Shown here piece after piece: positions 9,553 through 19,324 of a stretch of DNA of 45,233 nucleotides. Under the pieces are notes generated by a model, which was not told the origin of the DNA, searched no databases, and saw nothing but the letters and a program-made list of their open reading frames with translations. The stretch is from an uncultured Mycobacteriaceae bacterium. GTDB lineage: Bacteria > Actinomycetota > Actinomycetes > Mycobacteriales > Mycobacteriaceae. Location of the stretch: positions 1 to 45,233 of the forward strand of contig CAYVJJ010000001.1 in NCBI GenBank assembly GCA_964451655.1. The letters are read 5' to 3'. A program made the translations under genes and the position numbers. Positions within the stretch are counted from its first letter, which is position 1; the number at the start of each line of letters is the position of its first letter.

Positions 9553-10592
9553 CTGCGCCGGCCGGGGGCATCGCCTGCTCCGGCGCGGACGGCCATCCCG
9601 CCATCGGCATCGATATCGGGGGCACGAATCTGCGAGCGGCCGTCGTCGATGCGACGGGGACCGTCATCGACACGGTCTCGGTCGACACCCCTCGGGATCC
9701 CGCGTCCCTGGATACGGCGCTGGTCGACGTCATCGGGACCCTTGCGGCGCGCAGGCCCGTGTCCGCGGTCGGGTTGGCCGTCGCCGGATTCATCTCGCGG
9801 GATCAGCGAGTGGTCCGCTTCGCTCCGCATCTGCCGTGGCGCGACTCCGCCGTGCCGGAACGCCTGGCGCCGAGGGTGGGGCTTCCGGTGTACTTGGAGC
9901 ACGACGCGAACTCGGCGGCGTGGGGAGAAATGTGGTTCGGCCCCGCCGGAAGCGGGGAGAACGTCGCCGTGGTCGCCATCGGCACCGGTATCGGCGCGGC
10001 GCTGCTCATCGGCGGGGCCATGTACCGCGGATCCAATGGCGTGGCACCGGAACTGGGGCATCTGCCGGTGGTTCCGCACGGCCGGCCGTGCGCGTGCGGG
10101 AAGTCCGGCTGCCTCGAGCGGTACTGCAGCGGTACGGCCCTGGCCGCGACGGCCGCCGAGATGCTTTCGGCCGCACCGGAGCGGGCGTCGGCACTTCCGC
10201 GCGGCGCGACCGGGCTCACCGGCACGGCGGTGGCCGAAGCGGCCGCCGCGGGCGATGCCGTGGCCCGGGAGGCCATGGCGGATTTCGCGGGGTGGCTCGG
10301 CGTCGGCCTGTCCATAGTCGCGGACGTGTTCGACCCCGATCTGATCGTCGTCGCGGGCGGGGTGGCGGCGTCCGCTCCGCTGTTCCTCGACGACGCGCGG
10401 CGGGTGTACGCGGGCATGGTCACCGGCGCGGGGCACCGGCGGCTTGCGCGGATCCGCCGCAGTGAGCTGGGCGTGGCTGCGGCGATGATCGGTGCCGCGG
10501 AATCGGCCCGGCGGAGCGCGGCTGCGGTCGGGGACGACGGTCCTGCGAGCGCACCGGAAGGAGGCGTGGTGCGCGGCGGTGACGCACAATAG
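9549..10592 (+). CDS. ROK-family sugar kinase (glucokinase-like)
   Basis: GIDIGGT, EHDANSAA, GTGIG, ELGH and CACGKSGCLE zinc motif. Confidence 0.9.
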   Translation: MTAPAGGIACSGADGHPAIGIDIGGTNLRAAVVDATGTVIDTVSVDTPRDPASLDTALVDVIGTLAARRPVSAVGLAVAGFISRDQRVVRFAPHLPWRDSAVPERLAPRVGLPVYLEHDANSAAWGEMWFGPAGSGENVAVVAIGTGIGAALLIGGAMYRGSNGVAPELGHLPVVPHGRPCACGKSGCLERYCSGTALAATAAEMLSAAPERASALPRGATGLTGTAVAEAAAAGDAVAREAMADFAGWLGVGLSIVADVFDPDLIVVAGGVAASAPLFLDDARRVYAGMVTGAGHRRLARIRRSELGVAAAMIGAAESARRSAAAVGDDGPASAPEGGVVRGGDAQ

Positions 10593-10713
10593 GGACACCG
10601 TGCGGGCACGGGCCGGCGCGTGCCGGGCACGCCGTGGTGACGTACACCGCACGCCCGGTAGAGTCGGTCGGGTCATCGAGTCGGGCGATGAGAAGAACAG
10701 AGGAGTGGGGCAT

Positions 10714-11472
10714 ATGTGGTACTGGCTGTTCAAGCAGATCTTGATCGGTCCACTGCTGCGTGTGCTCGGCCGCCCCCGCGTCGAGGGACTGGAGAACATC
10801 CCCGCGGAGGGGCCGGCGATTCTGGCGAGCAACCACCTGGCCGTCGTCGACTCCCTTTACCTTCCGTTGATGGTCCCGCGCAGGATCACCTTCCTGGCCA
10901 AGAGCGAGTACTTCACCACTCCCGGCATCAAAGGGCGATTCAACAAGTTCTTCTACTCCGCGTCGGGGCAGGTGCCCATCGACCGCAAGGGCGGCGAGGC
11001 GGCGCAGGCGGCGCTGCGCACGGCGAGCCGCGTGCTCGAGGAAGGAAACCTGCTGGGCCTCTACCCGGAGGGCACCCGGTCTCCGGACGGCCGGCTGTAC
11101 AAGGGCAAGACGGGTATCGCGCGCATGGCGCTCGAGTGCGGTGTGCCGGTGATCCCGGTCGCCATGATCGGGACGAACATCATGAACCCCATCGGATCGA
11201 AGAGCTACCGCCCCACCAAGATCACGGTGCGGGTCGGAGAGCCGCTGGACTTCAGCAGGTATGAAGGCCTCGAGGGCAGCCGCTTCATCGAGCGCGCCGT
11301 CACCGACGAGGTCATGTACGCGCTGATGAACCTCTCCGGTCAGGAATACGTGGACGTCTACGCCGCCAGCGTGAAGGACGGCGGATCCATCGCCTCCGCG
11401 GACGCGCCGGGTGCGCGGGACGCGCGTGCCGCGGCGCTCGATGCGCGGATCCCCGACACGGAAGCGGGCTGA
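10714..11472 (+). CDS. plsC: 1-acylglycerol-3-phosphate O-acyltransferase (Rv2182c-like)
   Basis: NHLAVVD (HX4D), FLAKSEYF and YPEGTRS motifs; AGAGGAG RBS before ATG 10714. Confidence 0.92.
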   Translation: MWYWLFKQILIGPLLRVLGRPRVEGLENIPAEGPAILASNHLAVVDSLYLPLMVPRRITFLAKSEYFTTPGIKGRFNKFFYSASGQVPIDRKGGEAAQAALRTASRVLEEGNLLGLYPEGTRSPDGRLYKGKTGIARMALECGVPVIPVAMIGTNIMNPIGSKSYRPTKITVRVGEPLDFSRYEGLEGSRFIERAVTDEVMYALMNLSGQEYVDVYAASVKDGGSIASADAPGARDARAAALDARIPDTEAG

Positions 11473-11582
11473 GAGCGCACGCGGTCGCCCTCAATGGGGA
11501 CGGCGGGCGCGGTGATGCCTGTGCGCCGGTGACGGCAGCGACCGGCCGCCGGAGCCGCGGGCGCCACGATTACGGTGGTCGG

Positions 11583-12122
11583 GTGCGCTACTTCTACGAC
11601 TGCGAGTTCATCGAGGACGGCACCACCATCGACCTGGTGTCGATCGGGGTCGTCGCCGAGGACGGCCGCGAGTTCTACGCGGTGTCGACCGAATTCGACC
11701 CCACCCGCGCGGGCCGGTGGGTGCGCACGCACGTGCTGGACAAGCTGCCCTCGCCGGCGTCCCCCGCCTACCGCAGCCGGGAGCGGATCCGCGAGGACCT
11801 GTCGGAGTTCCTGCTGGACGGGCGCGACCCGCGGCGCGCGCGGCCGGGGGAGATCGAACTGTGGGCATGGGTGGGCGCCTACGACCATGTCGTGCTGTGC
11901 CAGCTGTGGGGGGACATGACGGCGTTGCCCCGGTATATGCCGCGCTTCACCCGTGAACTGAAGCAGCTGTGGGAGGACCGGGGGAGCCCGGCGTTGCCGT
12001 CGGCGCCGGACGATGCCCACGATGCGCTGGCCGACGCCCGCCACAACCTTGCGAAATACCGGGCCATCACCGGCCCGGGCCGCGCGGGGGCGGGGTCCGG
12101 CGGCGTGCGTGCGTACGGCTGA
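11583..12122 (+). CDS. RNase AS, polyadenylate-specific 3'-5' exoribonuclease (Rv2179c-like, DEDDh)
   Basis: RYFYDCEFIEDG, WAWVGAYDHV and HDALADARHN motifs; GTG 6 nt after TACGGT. Confidence 0.92.
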   Translation: MRYFYDCEFIEDGTTIDLVSIGVVAEDGREFYAVSTEFDPTRAGRWVRTHVLDKLPSPASPAYRSRERIREDLSEFLLDGRDPRRARPGEIELWAWVGAYDHVVLCQLWGDMTALPRYMPRFTRELKQLWEDRGSPALPSAPDDAHDALADARHNLAKYRAITGPGRAGAGSGGVRAYG

Positions 12123-12160
12123 CCGGACCTCGTCTGGAACCGCGTCCGGGGTCCGCATAG

Positions 12161-13558
<1,398 letters not shown>

Positions 13559-13567
13559 GCCACGCGG

Positions 13568-13591
13568 CGCTGCGGTGACGGTGCCGCAGCG
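13568..13591. terminator. Small hairpin between convergent aroG and pknL
   Basis: CGCTGCGG-N8-CCGCAGCG. Confidence 0.4.
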
Positions 13592-13617
13592 GTTCCGGAT
13601 GCCTGCCGGCGGCCGTC

Positions 13618-15984
13618 CTACGGCACCGCGGTGACAGTGACCGTCCGTCCGGGCTCGACGCGCGAGCCGGATGACGGCGACTGCGCGATGACGACCGACG
13701 AATCCGTGTCCAGCAGTTGGCGCACGGTCACGTCGAGGCCGAGCCGGGACAGCGTGGACCGCGCGGACCCGACCGTGTTCCCGATGAGGTTGGGCACGGT
13801 CGTCGTGTCGGAGATCATCACCGTGACCCGGGCGTGGGCCGGGTCGACGCGCTCACCCGCCGCCGGTGCAGCCGAGCCGACCGTTCCGGCGCGTTCGTCG
13901 GAGTCCGAGGTGGTGCCGCCGTCGATCATCTCGATCCCCGCGTCCGCGAGCGCGGACCGTGCGGCGTCCGGGGGCATCCCCGTCACGTCGGGCACCGTGA
14001 GCGAGTTCGACACCAGCAGGGTCACCGCGCTGTTCGCGTCCGTTACCGCGCCGGACGCGGGGTCGGTGCCGGACACTTTGCCGCCGTCCACATCGGGGTC
14101 GAAAACGGTCCGTGTGCCACCGATCTTCAAGTGCGCACCGGCGAGCAGGTCCTTCGCTTCCCCGGGACTCTTGCCCGCGACATCGGGGACGTGCACAGGC
14201 GGCGGACCCTTGCTGGCGGTGACGGTGACGCCGGAACCCACGGGAACGACGGTTCCGGGCGCGGGATCGATGCGCACCACATGGTCCTCCGGGACGGTGG
14301 TGCTGAACTCGTCGGGGCCACGGGTGGGGTTCAGCGTGCGGTCCCGGAGCATGGTCATCACCGCATCCACCGTGGATTGGGGCGTGGTCTCGGGAATCGC
14401 GGGTTGTCCCAGAGAGACGCGGACGGTGACATCGGAGCCGCGGGTGACGCGCGTTCCGGCGGCCGGGTTGATGCCCAGGACCTGATCCACCGGGGCGTCG
14501 TCGGAGTAGACGCCCCGGACCCGGGCGGTGAGATCGGCCGAACCCACCGCGGCAAGCACTGCAGCCTTATCCATCCCGGAGATCGCCGGCACGGTTGTGA
14601 GACGCCCCGACCCGAACCACCAACCGGTGACTCCCAGCAGCAGGGCCAGTACTGCGACCACGGCGGTCCAGAGGATGGTGGACCGCCGTGAGCGGCGCTT
14701 CTGCCGCGAGGCCGCCTCGTCGTACGGCGGGGGACCGGCGTCATCGCCGTCGGTCCCAGGCGGATCAGCGTCGGACGGGCCGTACCCGTCCGCGGGGTCC
14801 GCCTCCCCGTACCCGGCGCGCGGCTGCAGAGCCGTGTACCGGCGCGTCGCGGTGGGCGGATCCCCGGGCGCGGCGCCGGCCGCCGCAGCGGCTCCGGCGC
14901 CCGCGGCGGCCGCGCCCGCCCCGGGCAGGATCGTGGTGGAATCCTGGGCCGCGCCCGCCCCTGCGGTAGCGCCGGGAACGCCCAGCGCCGTGGTGGCGTC
15001 GTCGGAGTCGCCGCCGGCGCCGGGGCCGTGCTGCGGCACGCGGCTCGTCGGCGGTTCCGGAGGAGGCGGCGGAGGAGGTGGCACCGCCATCGACCGGTGC
15101 TGCGCGGAATTGCGCGGCGCCGGGACACGGAAACGCGGCAGCCGCAGCCGGCCTGCGACCGACTCGAGCGCGGCCGCCATCTGCGCGGCGTCCTGGAAGC
15201 GCTCGGCGGGGTAGCGCTCGGTGGCGCGGTGCACCAGTTCATCGAACTCATGAGGTACCCCCGCGATCATGCTGCTCGGGGCGGGCACGTCCTCCTCGAT
15301 GCGCCGGTAGGCCACGGCGAGGTTCGTGTCGCCGGGGAACGGCGTGCGGCCCGTGAGCATCTCGAACACGAGCACGCCCATCGCGTAGACGTCGCTGGCG
15401 GGTCCTGCATTGCCGGTGCTGACCTGTTCGGGAGACAGGTAGGCGGCCGTGCCGAGCATGACGCTGCTGGACGTGGAATTGGTGCCCGCGACGGCGCGGA
15501 CGAGCCCGAAGTCCGCCAGTTTGACCTCGCCGTCGTCCGAGATCAGCACGTTCTCCGGTTTGACGTCGCGGTGCACCAGGCCGGCGTGGTGGGCGGCGGC
15601 CAGGGCCGCCAGCGCGGGCCGCGCCACAGCGGCGGCGGCGTGCGGGGGCATCGGACCCCGTTCCCGGAGCAATTCGCGCAGCGTCCCGCCGCGCACCAGT
15701 TCCATCACCAGGAACGCGTGCTCGCCGTCGACTCCCTGGTCGTACACCGAGACCAGGCCGGGGTCCTTCAGGCCGGCGACGGCACGGGCCTCGAACTCGA
15801 AACGGGACAGGAACGCGGGGTCCGCGGCGAACTCCGAGTGCATCACCTTGACGGCGACCTTGCGTCCCAACCGGCGATCGGTGCCCCGGAACACTGTCGA
15901 CATTCCGCCTCGGGCGATGGGCGCCTCGATGAGATAGCGGTTGTCGAGCACGGTGCCGACGAGCCTGGTCGCTGTCGGGCTCAC
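13618..15984 (-). CDS. pknL: Ser/Thr protein kinase PknL with transmembrane helix and about 4 PASTA domains
   Basis: ARGGMSTV, VAVK, HRDVKPEN, DFG and YLSPEQ motifs; Pro/Ala linker; TM segment; repeats starting VPAISG, IPETT, VPDVAG, VPDVTG and VPNLIG (4-5 PASTA-like units). AGGAGG RBS 5 nt before GTG 15984. Confidence 0.92.
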   Translation of the reverse strand: MSPTATRLVGTVLDNRYLIEAPIARGGMSTVFRGTDRRLGRKVAVKVMHSEFAADPAFLSRFEFEARAVAGLKDPGLVSVYDQGVDGEHAFLVMELVRGGTLRELLRERGPMPPHAAAAVARPALAALAAAHHAGLVHRDVKPENVLISDDGEVKLADFGLVRAVAGTNSTSSSVMLGTAAYLSPEQVSTGNAGPASDVYAMGVLVFEMLTGRTPFPGDTNLAVAYRRIEEDVPAPSSMIAGVPHEFDELVHRATERYPAERFQDAAQMAAALESVAGRLRLPRFRVPAPRNSAQHRSMAVPPPPPPPPEPPTSRVPQHGPGAGGDSDDATTALGVPGATAGAGAAQDSTTILPGAGAAAAGAGAAAAAGAAPGDPPTATRRYTALQPRAGYGEADPADGYGPSDADPPGTDGDDAGPPPYDEAASRQKRRSRRSTILWTAVVAVLALLLGVTGWWFGSGRLTTVPAISGMDKAAVLAAVGSADLTARVRGVYSDDAPVDQVLGINPAAGTRVTRGSDVTVRVSLGQPAIPETTPQSTVDAVMTMLRDRTLNPTRGPDEFSTTVPEDHVVRIDPAPGTVVPVGSGVTVTASKGPPPVHVPDVAGKSPGEAKDLLAGAHLKIGGTRTVFDPDVDGGKVSGTDPASGAVTDANSAVTLLVSNSLTVPDVTGMPPDAARSALADAGIEMIDGGTTSDSDERAGTVGSAAPAAGERVDPAHARVTVMISDTTTVPNLIGNTVGSARSTLSRLGLDVTVRQLLDTDSSVVIAQSPSSGSRVEPGRTVTVTAVP

Positions 15985-16083
15985 GGGCACCTCCTGGATG
16001 GCGGTTTGTCTGGAGCGGCCGGTGGAGCGCGCACGCTCCGGCCGGCGCCGCGCGGCCCGGACGGACCACGACGGTCGGGTGTC

Positions 16084-16122
16084 TCCGTGTGGGCGATCGG
16101 ATCCGCCGATCGCCCACACGGA
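16084..16122. repeat. Perfect 17-bp inverted repeat between divergent pknL and the Rv2175c-like gene
   Basis: TCCGTGTGGGCGATCGG-ATCCG-CCGATCGCCCACACGGA. Confidence 0.85.
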
Positions 16123-16220
16123 CCGGCAGCCCATGGTATCGGCTTGCGTGGCGGCGGGACACGGGCGCGGTGCGGCGGTTCGGGGTGGGAACCGTGGAGG
16201 GCGGCCGCTACCGTAGGCGT

Positions 16221-16598
16221 GTGAGCACTTTCCCCGTCTGTGACGACCTGCTGGACGAGTCCGTGGAGCTGCTGCAGCTGCCGGATGTGGCCAAGATGCT
16301 GTCCGTGCCGGTCACGCGCACGCACCAGATGCTTCGGCAGCATGAGTTCATCGCGGTCCGCCGCGACGGGATCGTGGGCGTGCCGGCCCAATTCCTGTCC
16401 ACCGCGGGGGGCGCCGCCCGGGTGGTGAAATCGCTGCCCGGCACCATCGCGCTGTTGCGTGACGGCGGCTACGAGAATGACGAGATCCTGCGCTGGTTGT
16501 TCACTGAGGACCCGTCGCTGCCCGGCAGGCCTGCGGATGTCCTGCGCGGTGATCATGCGCGTGAGGTGGTGCGGCGGGCGCAGGCCATGGCGTTCTGA
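16221..16598 (+). CDS. Rv2175c-family winged-helix DNA-binding protein (PknL substrate in M. tuberculosis)
   Basis: LPDVAKML HTH; LPGTIALLRDGGY...EILRWLF...EVVRRAQAMAF; divergent from pknL; GTG 6 nt after TACCGT. Confidence 0.9.
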   Translation: MSTFPVCDDLLDESVELLQLPDVAKMLSVPVTRTHQMLRQHEFIAVRRDGIVGVPAQFLSTAGGAARVVKSLPGTIALLRDGGYENDEILRWLFTEDPSLPGRPADVLRGDHAREVVRRAQAMAF

Positions 16599-16608
16599 CC
16601 CCGAATGG

Positions 16609-17631
16609 TCAGGACCCGGGCGATCCGGCCTCGGCTCCGCCGCCGGCGGCGGCGCGCGCCGCGAGCAGGAACCGGCGGGGGCGTGGAACGACGATGCGCC
16701 GGTCGAACACCCGGTAGCCGTTGCGTTCGATGGCGGTGAGGATCTCCGAGTACACGGCGGTGGCCGCGCGTACGCACCTGCCGGCGCGCGGCGGCAGCAT
16801 GCCCGCGCCCGGCTCGGCCCGGCGGTAGTGGTCACGGGTGTGGTCGATGAAGTACGCCAACGCGGCGCGGACCGCGGCGTCCGGCCGTCCTGTACGCCGT
16901 ACGTGCGCGAGCCGGTCGGCGTCCACACCGAACCGGGCGAAGTCCTCCAGTGGCAGGTAGATGCGGCCACGGTCGAGGTCTTCGCCCACGTCGCGCAGGA
17001 AGTTCGTCAGCTGGAAGGCGACCCCGAGCGCTGCGGCGTGCGGTGCCGCGTCCGGGCCTGCTCCGAGTACGGGCAGCATCTGCAGCCCGATCACCGCCGC
17101 GGAGCCGTGCATGTACCGGTCGAGATCGGCCATCGTGCGGTAGCGCGCCACGTGCTCGTCGGTGCCGGCGATGTCCATCCGCATCGAACGCAGGAACGCG
17201 GCGAAGTGGTCCGGATCGATGCGGTAGCGGCGTGCGGTGTCGAGGAATGCCGCCGCCACTCTGTCGTCGAGGTGGGGGATCGTGAGGCGCGCGTGCGGGC
17301 CGGTGTCCTCCCCATCGTTGTCCAGTGCCGCTGCGACGCCGTCGCCGATCCGGCGGAGCCGGGCCGACAGCTCCGCGGGCGGGACTCCGACGGGAGGCAG
17401 ATCGACCAGGTCGTCGATGCTGCGGGCGAACGCGTAGAGTGCGTGCGCTGCCGGGCGCCGTGCAGGTGGAAGCAGGCGCGCTGCGAGGTGGTAGCTCTTA
17501 CCGTGCGCTGCGGCGACCCGGCCGCAGTGCGCGTAGGCCGCGACGAGCGAGGGCGAGGCGGCAGTGAACGCGACGCGTCCGGGTCCGTTCTGCTCGATGC
17601 GAGCGGCAGCTCCGGCGACCCGGTCAACCAT
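16609..17631 (-). CDS. crtB: Phytoene synthase
   Basis: LYAFARSIDDLVD, SMRMD, YMHGSAAVIG and FQLTNFLRDVGEDLDRGRIYLP motifs. Confidence 0.92.
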   Translation of the reverse strand: MVDRVAGAAARIEQNGPGRVAFTAASPSLVAAYAHCGRVAAAHGKSYHLAARLLPPARRPAAHALYAFARSIDDLVDLPPVGVPPAELSARLRRIGDGVAAALDNDGEDTGPHARLTIPHLDDRVAAAFLDTARRYRIDPDHFAAFLRSMRMDIAGTDEHVARYRTMADLDRYMHGSAAVIGLQMLPVLGAGPDAAPHAAALGVAFQLTNFLRDVGEDLDRGRIYLPLEDFARFGVDADRLAHVRRTGRPDAAVRAALAYFIDHTRDHYRRAEPGAGMLPPRAGRCVRAATAVYSEILTAIERNGYRVFDRRIVVPRPRRFLLAARAAAGGGAEAGSPGS

Positions 17632-19324
17632 TGCCGCTGCCTCCGGCGGGGGCGGGGGGAACGCGGCCGGAGACGGCCCCGGCGGCGGCGTCCGTGGCGG
17701 CCGCCGGAGTGGGCGCGGGCGCGTCGGATCGGAGCCTGCGCAGACGCAACGGATCCTCCCTGCGCAGTGCGGCCGCGGCGACCGCAGCGCACGCGGCGGA
17801 CAGCAGCACGTGGTACCACTGGTACATCCCGATGGAGCCGTCCGGCCGGAAGATCAGCATCATGAACACACTGAACGCCGCGACCAGCGACATCGCCCTT
17901 CCGGAGACCACGAGACCGGAGACCACGGCGAGCGGCCAGGTGTAGTACCACGGCAGAGTCTGGGGTGACAGCAGCAGGATGGCGATCATGGCGTAGAGGG
18001 CGCCGTGCACCGCCTCGTGCACGGAATTGCGGTAGCGGGCGACGATCAGCACGACGATCACGGCGAGCGCCGCTTCGCCGAACAGCCGGGTGATCTCCAG
18101 TACCGGCTCCAGCCCGACGCCGGTGAACCACGAGGTGGCCACCGTGTAGAGCTGGGCGACGGCGGTGGGCAGGGACAACCAGTTGATGATCTTGTCGGCG
18201 CCGGACAGCGCCGTCATCCAGCCGACGCCGATGCCCGTCGCCATGGTGGCCGCGGTGAACACCGCGGAGAACACGAGGACGGACGGGACGGCTGTCCGCA
18301 GGAACTCGCGGAACCACGGCCGGGGATCCTCGTCGCAGGCGCAGGCGTCGTCGCGCCGGTGGCGCATCCAGATCCACACCATGAACGGGAGCGCAGCGCC
18401 CGCGGTGGCCTTGACCGCGACGGCCAGGGCGATGACGGCCACGCCCAGCAGGTGACGGCGTTCGAGGACGGCGACGATACCTGCGGTGAGCAGACCGACC
18501 ATCAGCAGTTCGTTGTGCACGCCGCCGATGAGGTGGGCGAGGACGAGGGGATTGAGGACGGCGACCCACATCGCGATGGACGGAGACCCTCCCAGGCTCC
18601 GGGCCAGGCGCGGAACCGCCCACAGCAGCAGGACCAGTCCGGGGAGCATCACCAGGCGCATGGCCATGGTTCCGGCGACCACGTCGTCGCCGGTGATCAT
18701 GGTGACGCCGCGCGCGATGAGGATGAAGGCCGGACCGTAGGGGGCCGTGGTGGTCGTCCACACCGTGCTGACGTTGTCCAGGAGGGGGCCGGGGTTGACC
18801 GCGGGGCCCACGGAGTAGGGATCGAAGCCGTCCCGCAGCAGTGCCCCCTGGGCCAGATACGAGTAGACGTCGCGGCTGAACAGGGGGACTGAGAGCAGCA
18901 TCGGCGCCGCCCACGCCACCGCCAGGCCACCGAGCTGCGCGGGTGTGAACCGGCCGGCGCGTGCGGCGCGGCCGATGCGCACCCACGAATAGAACATGAG
19001 CACCAGGCCCAGGTAGACGAGCGCTCCGGAGAGGACTTTCCCGTGCCCGTAGCGCAGCCACGACAGGAAGACGGTGTCGAGAAGGGGGTCCTGGCGGCGC
19101 AGGGCGCCGGAGCCGAAGCCGCCGAAGACCATGATGACGACGCCGATGAATCCGGGTATCCCCATCCGCCCGGGCCCGTGGGCGACGAACCCCCAGGCGT
19201 TACGCAGACGGTCGGCGGGAGCGGGCCGTGCAGCGGTGGCCGCAGGATCCGCCTGCACCGCGGCCACCACGGTCGGGGGCCGCGCCGGGGCGGACCGGCG
19301 CGTGGACCAGGGGCGCACGTTCAT
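17624..19324 (-). CDS. mptA: Alpha-(1->6)-mannopyranosyltransferase A (GT-C; Rv2174-like)
   Basis: PLFSRDVYSYLAQG, TTAPYGP, GGVHNE and LPWYY motifs; multiple TM helices; synteny. Confidence 0.9.
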   Translation of the reverse strand: MNVRPWSTRRSAPARPPTVVAAVQADPAATAARPAPADRLRNAWGFVAHGPGRMGIPGFIGVVIMVFGGFGSGALRRQDPLLDTVFLSWLRYGHGKVLSGALVYLGLVLMFYSWVRIGRAARAGRFTPAQLGGLAVAWAAPMLLSVPLFSRDVYSYLAQGALLRDGFDPYSVGPAVNPGPLLDNVSTVWTTTTAPYGPAFILIARGVTMITGDDVVAGTMAMRLVMLPGLVLLLWAVPRLARSLGGSPSIAMWVAVLNPLVLAHLIGGVHNELLMVGLLTAGIVAVLERRHLLGVAVIALAVAVKATAGAALPFMVWIWMRHRRDDACACDEDPRPWFREFLRTAVPSVLVFSAVFTAATMATGIGVGWMTALSGADKIINWLSLPTAVAQLYTVATSWFTGVGLEPVLEITRLFGEAALAVIVVLIVARYRNSVHEAVHGALYAMIAILLLSPQTLPWYYTWPLAVVSGLVVSGRAMSLVAAFSVFMMLIFRPDGSIGMYQWYHVLLSAACAAVAAAALRREDPLRLRRLRSDAPAPTPAAATDAAAGAVSGRVPPAPAGGSGNG

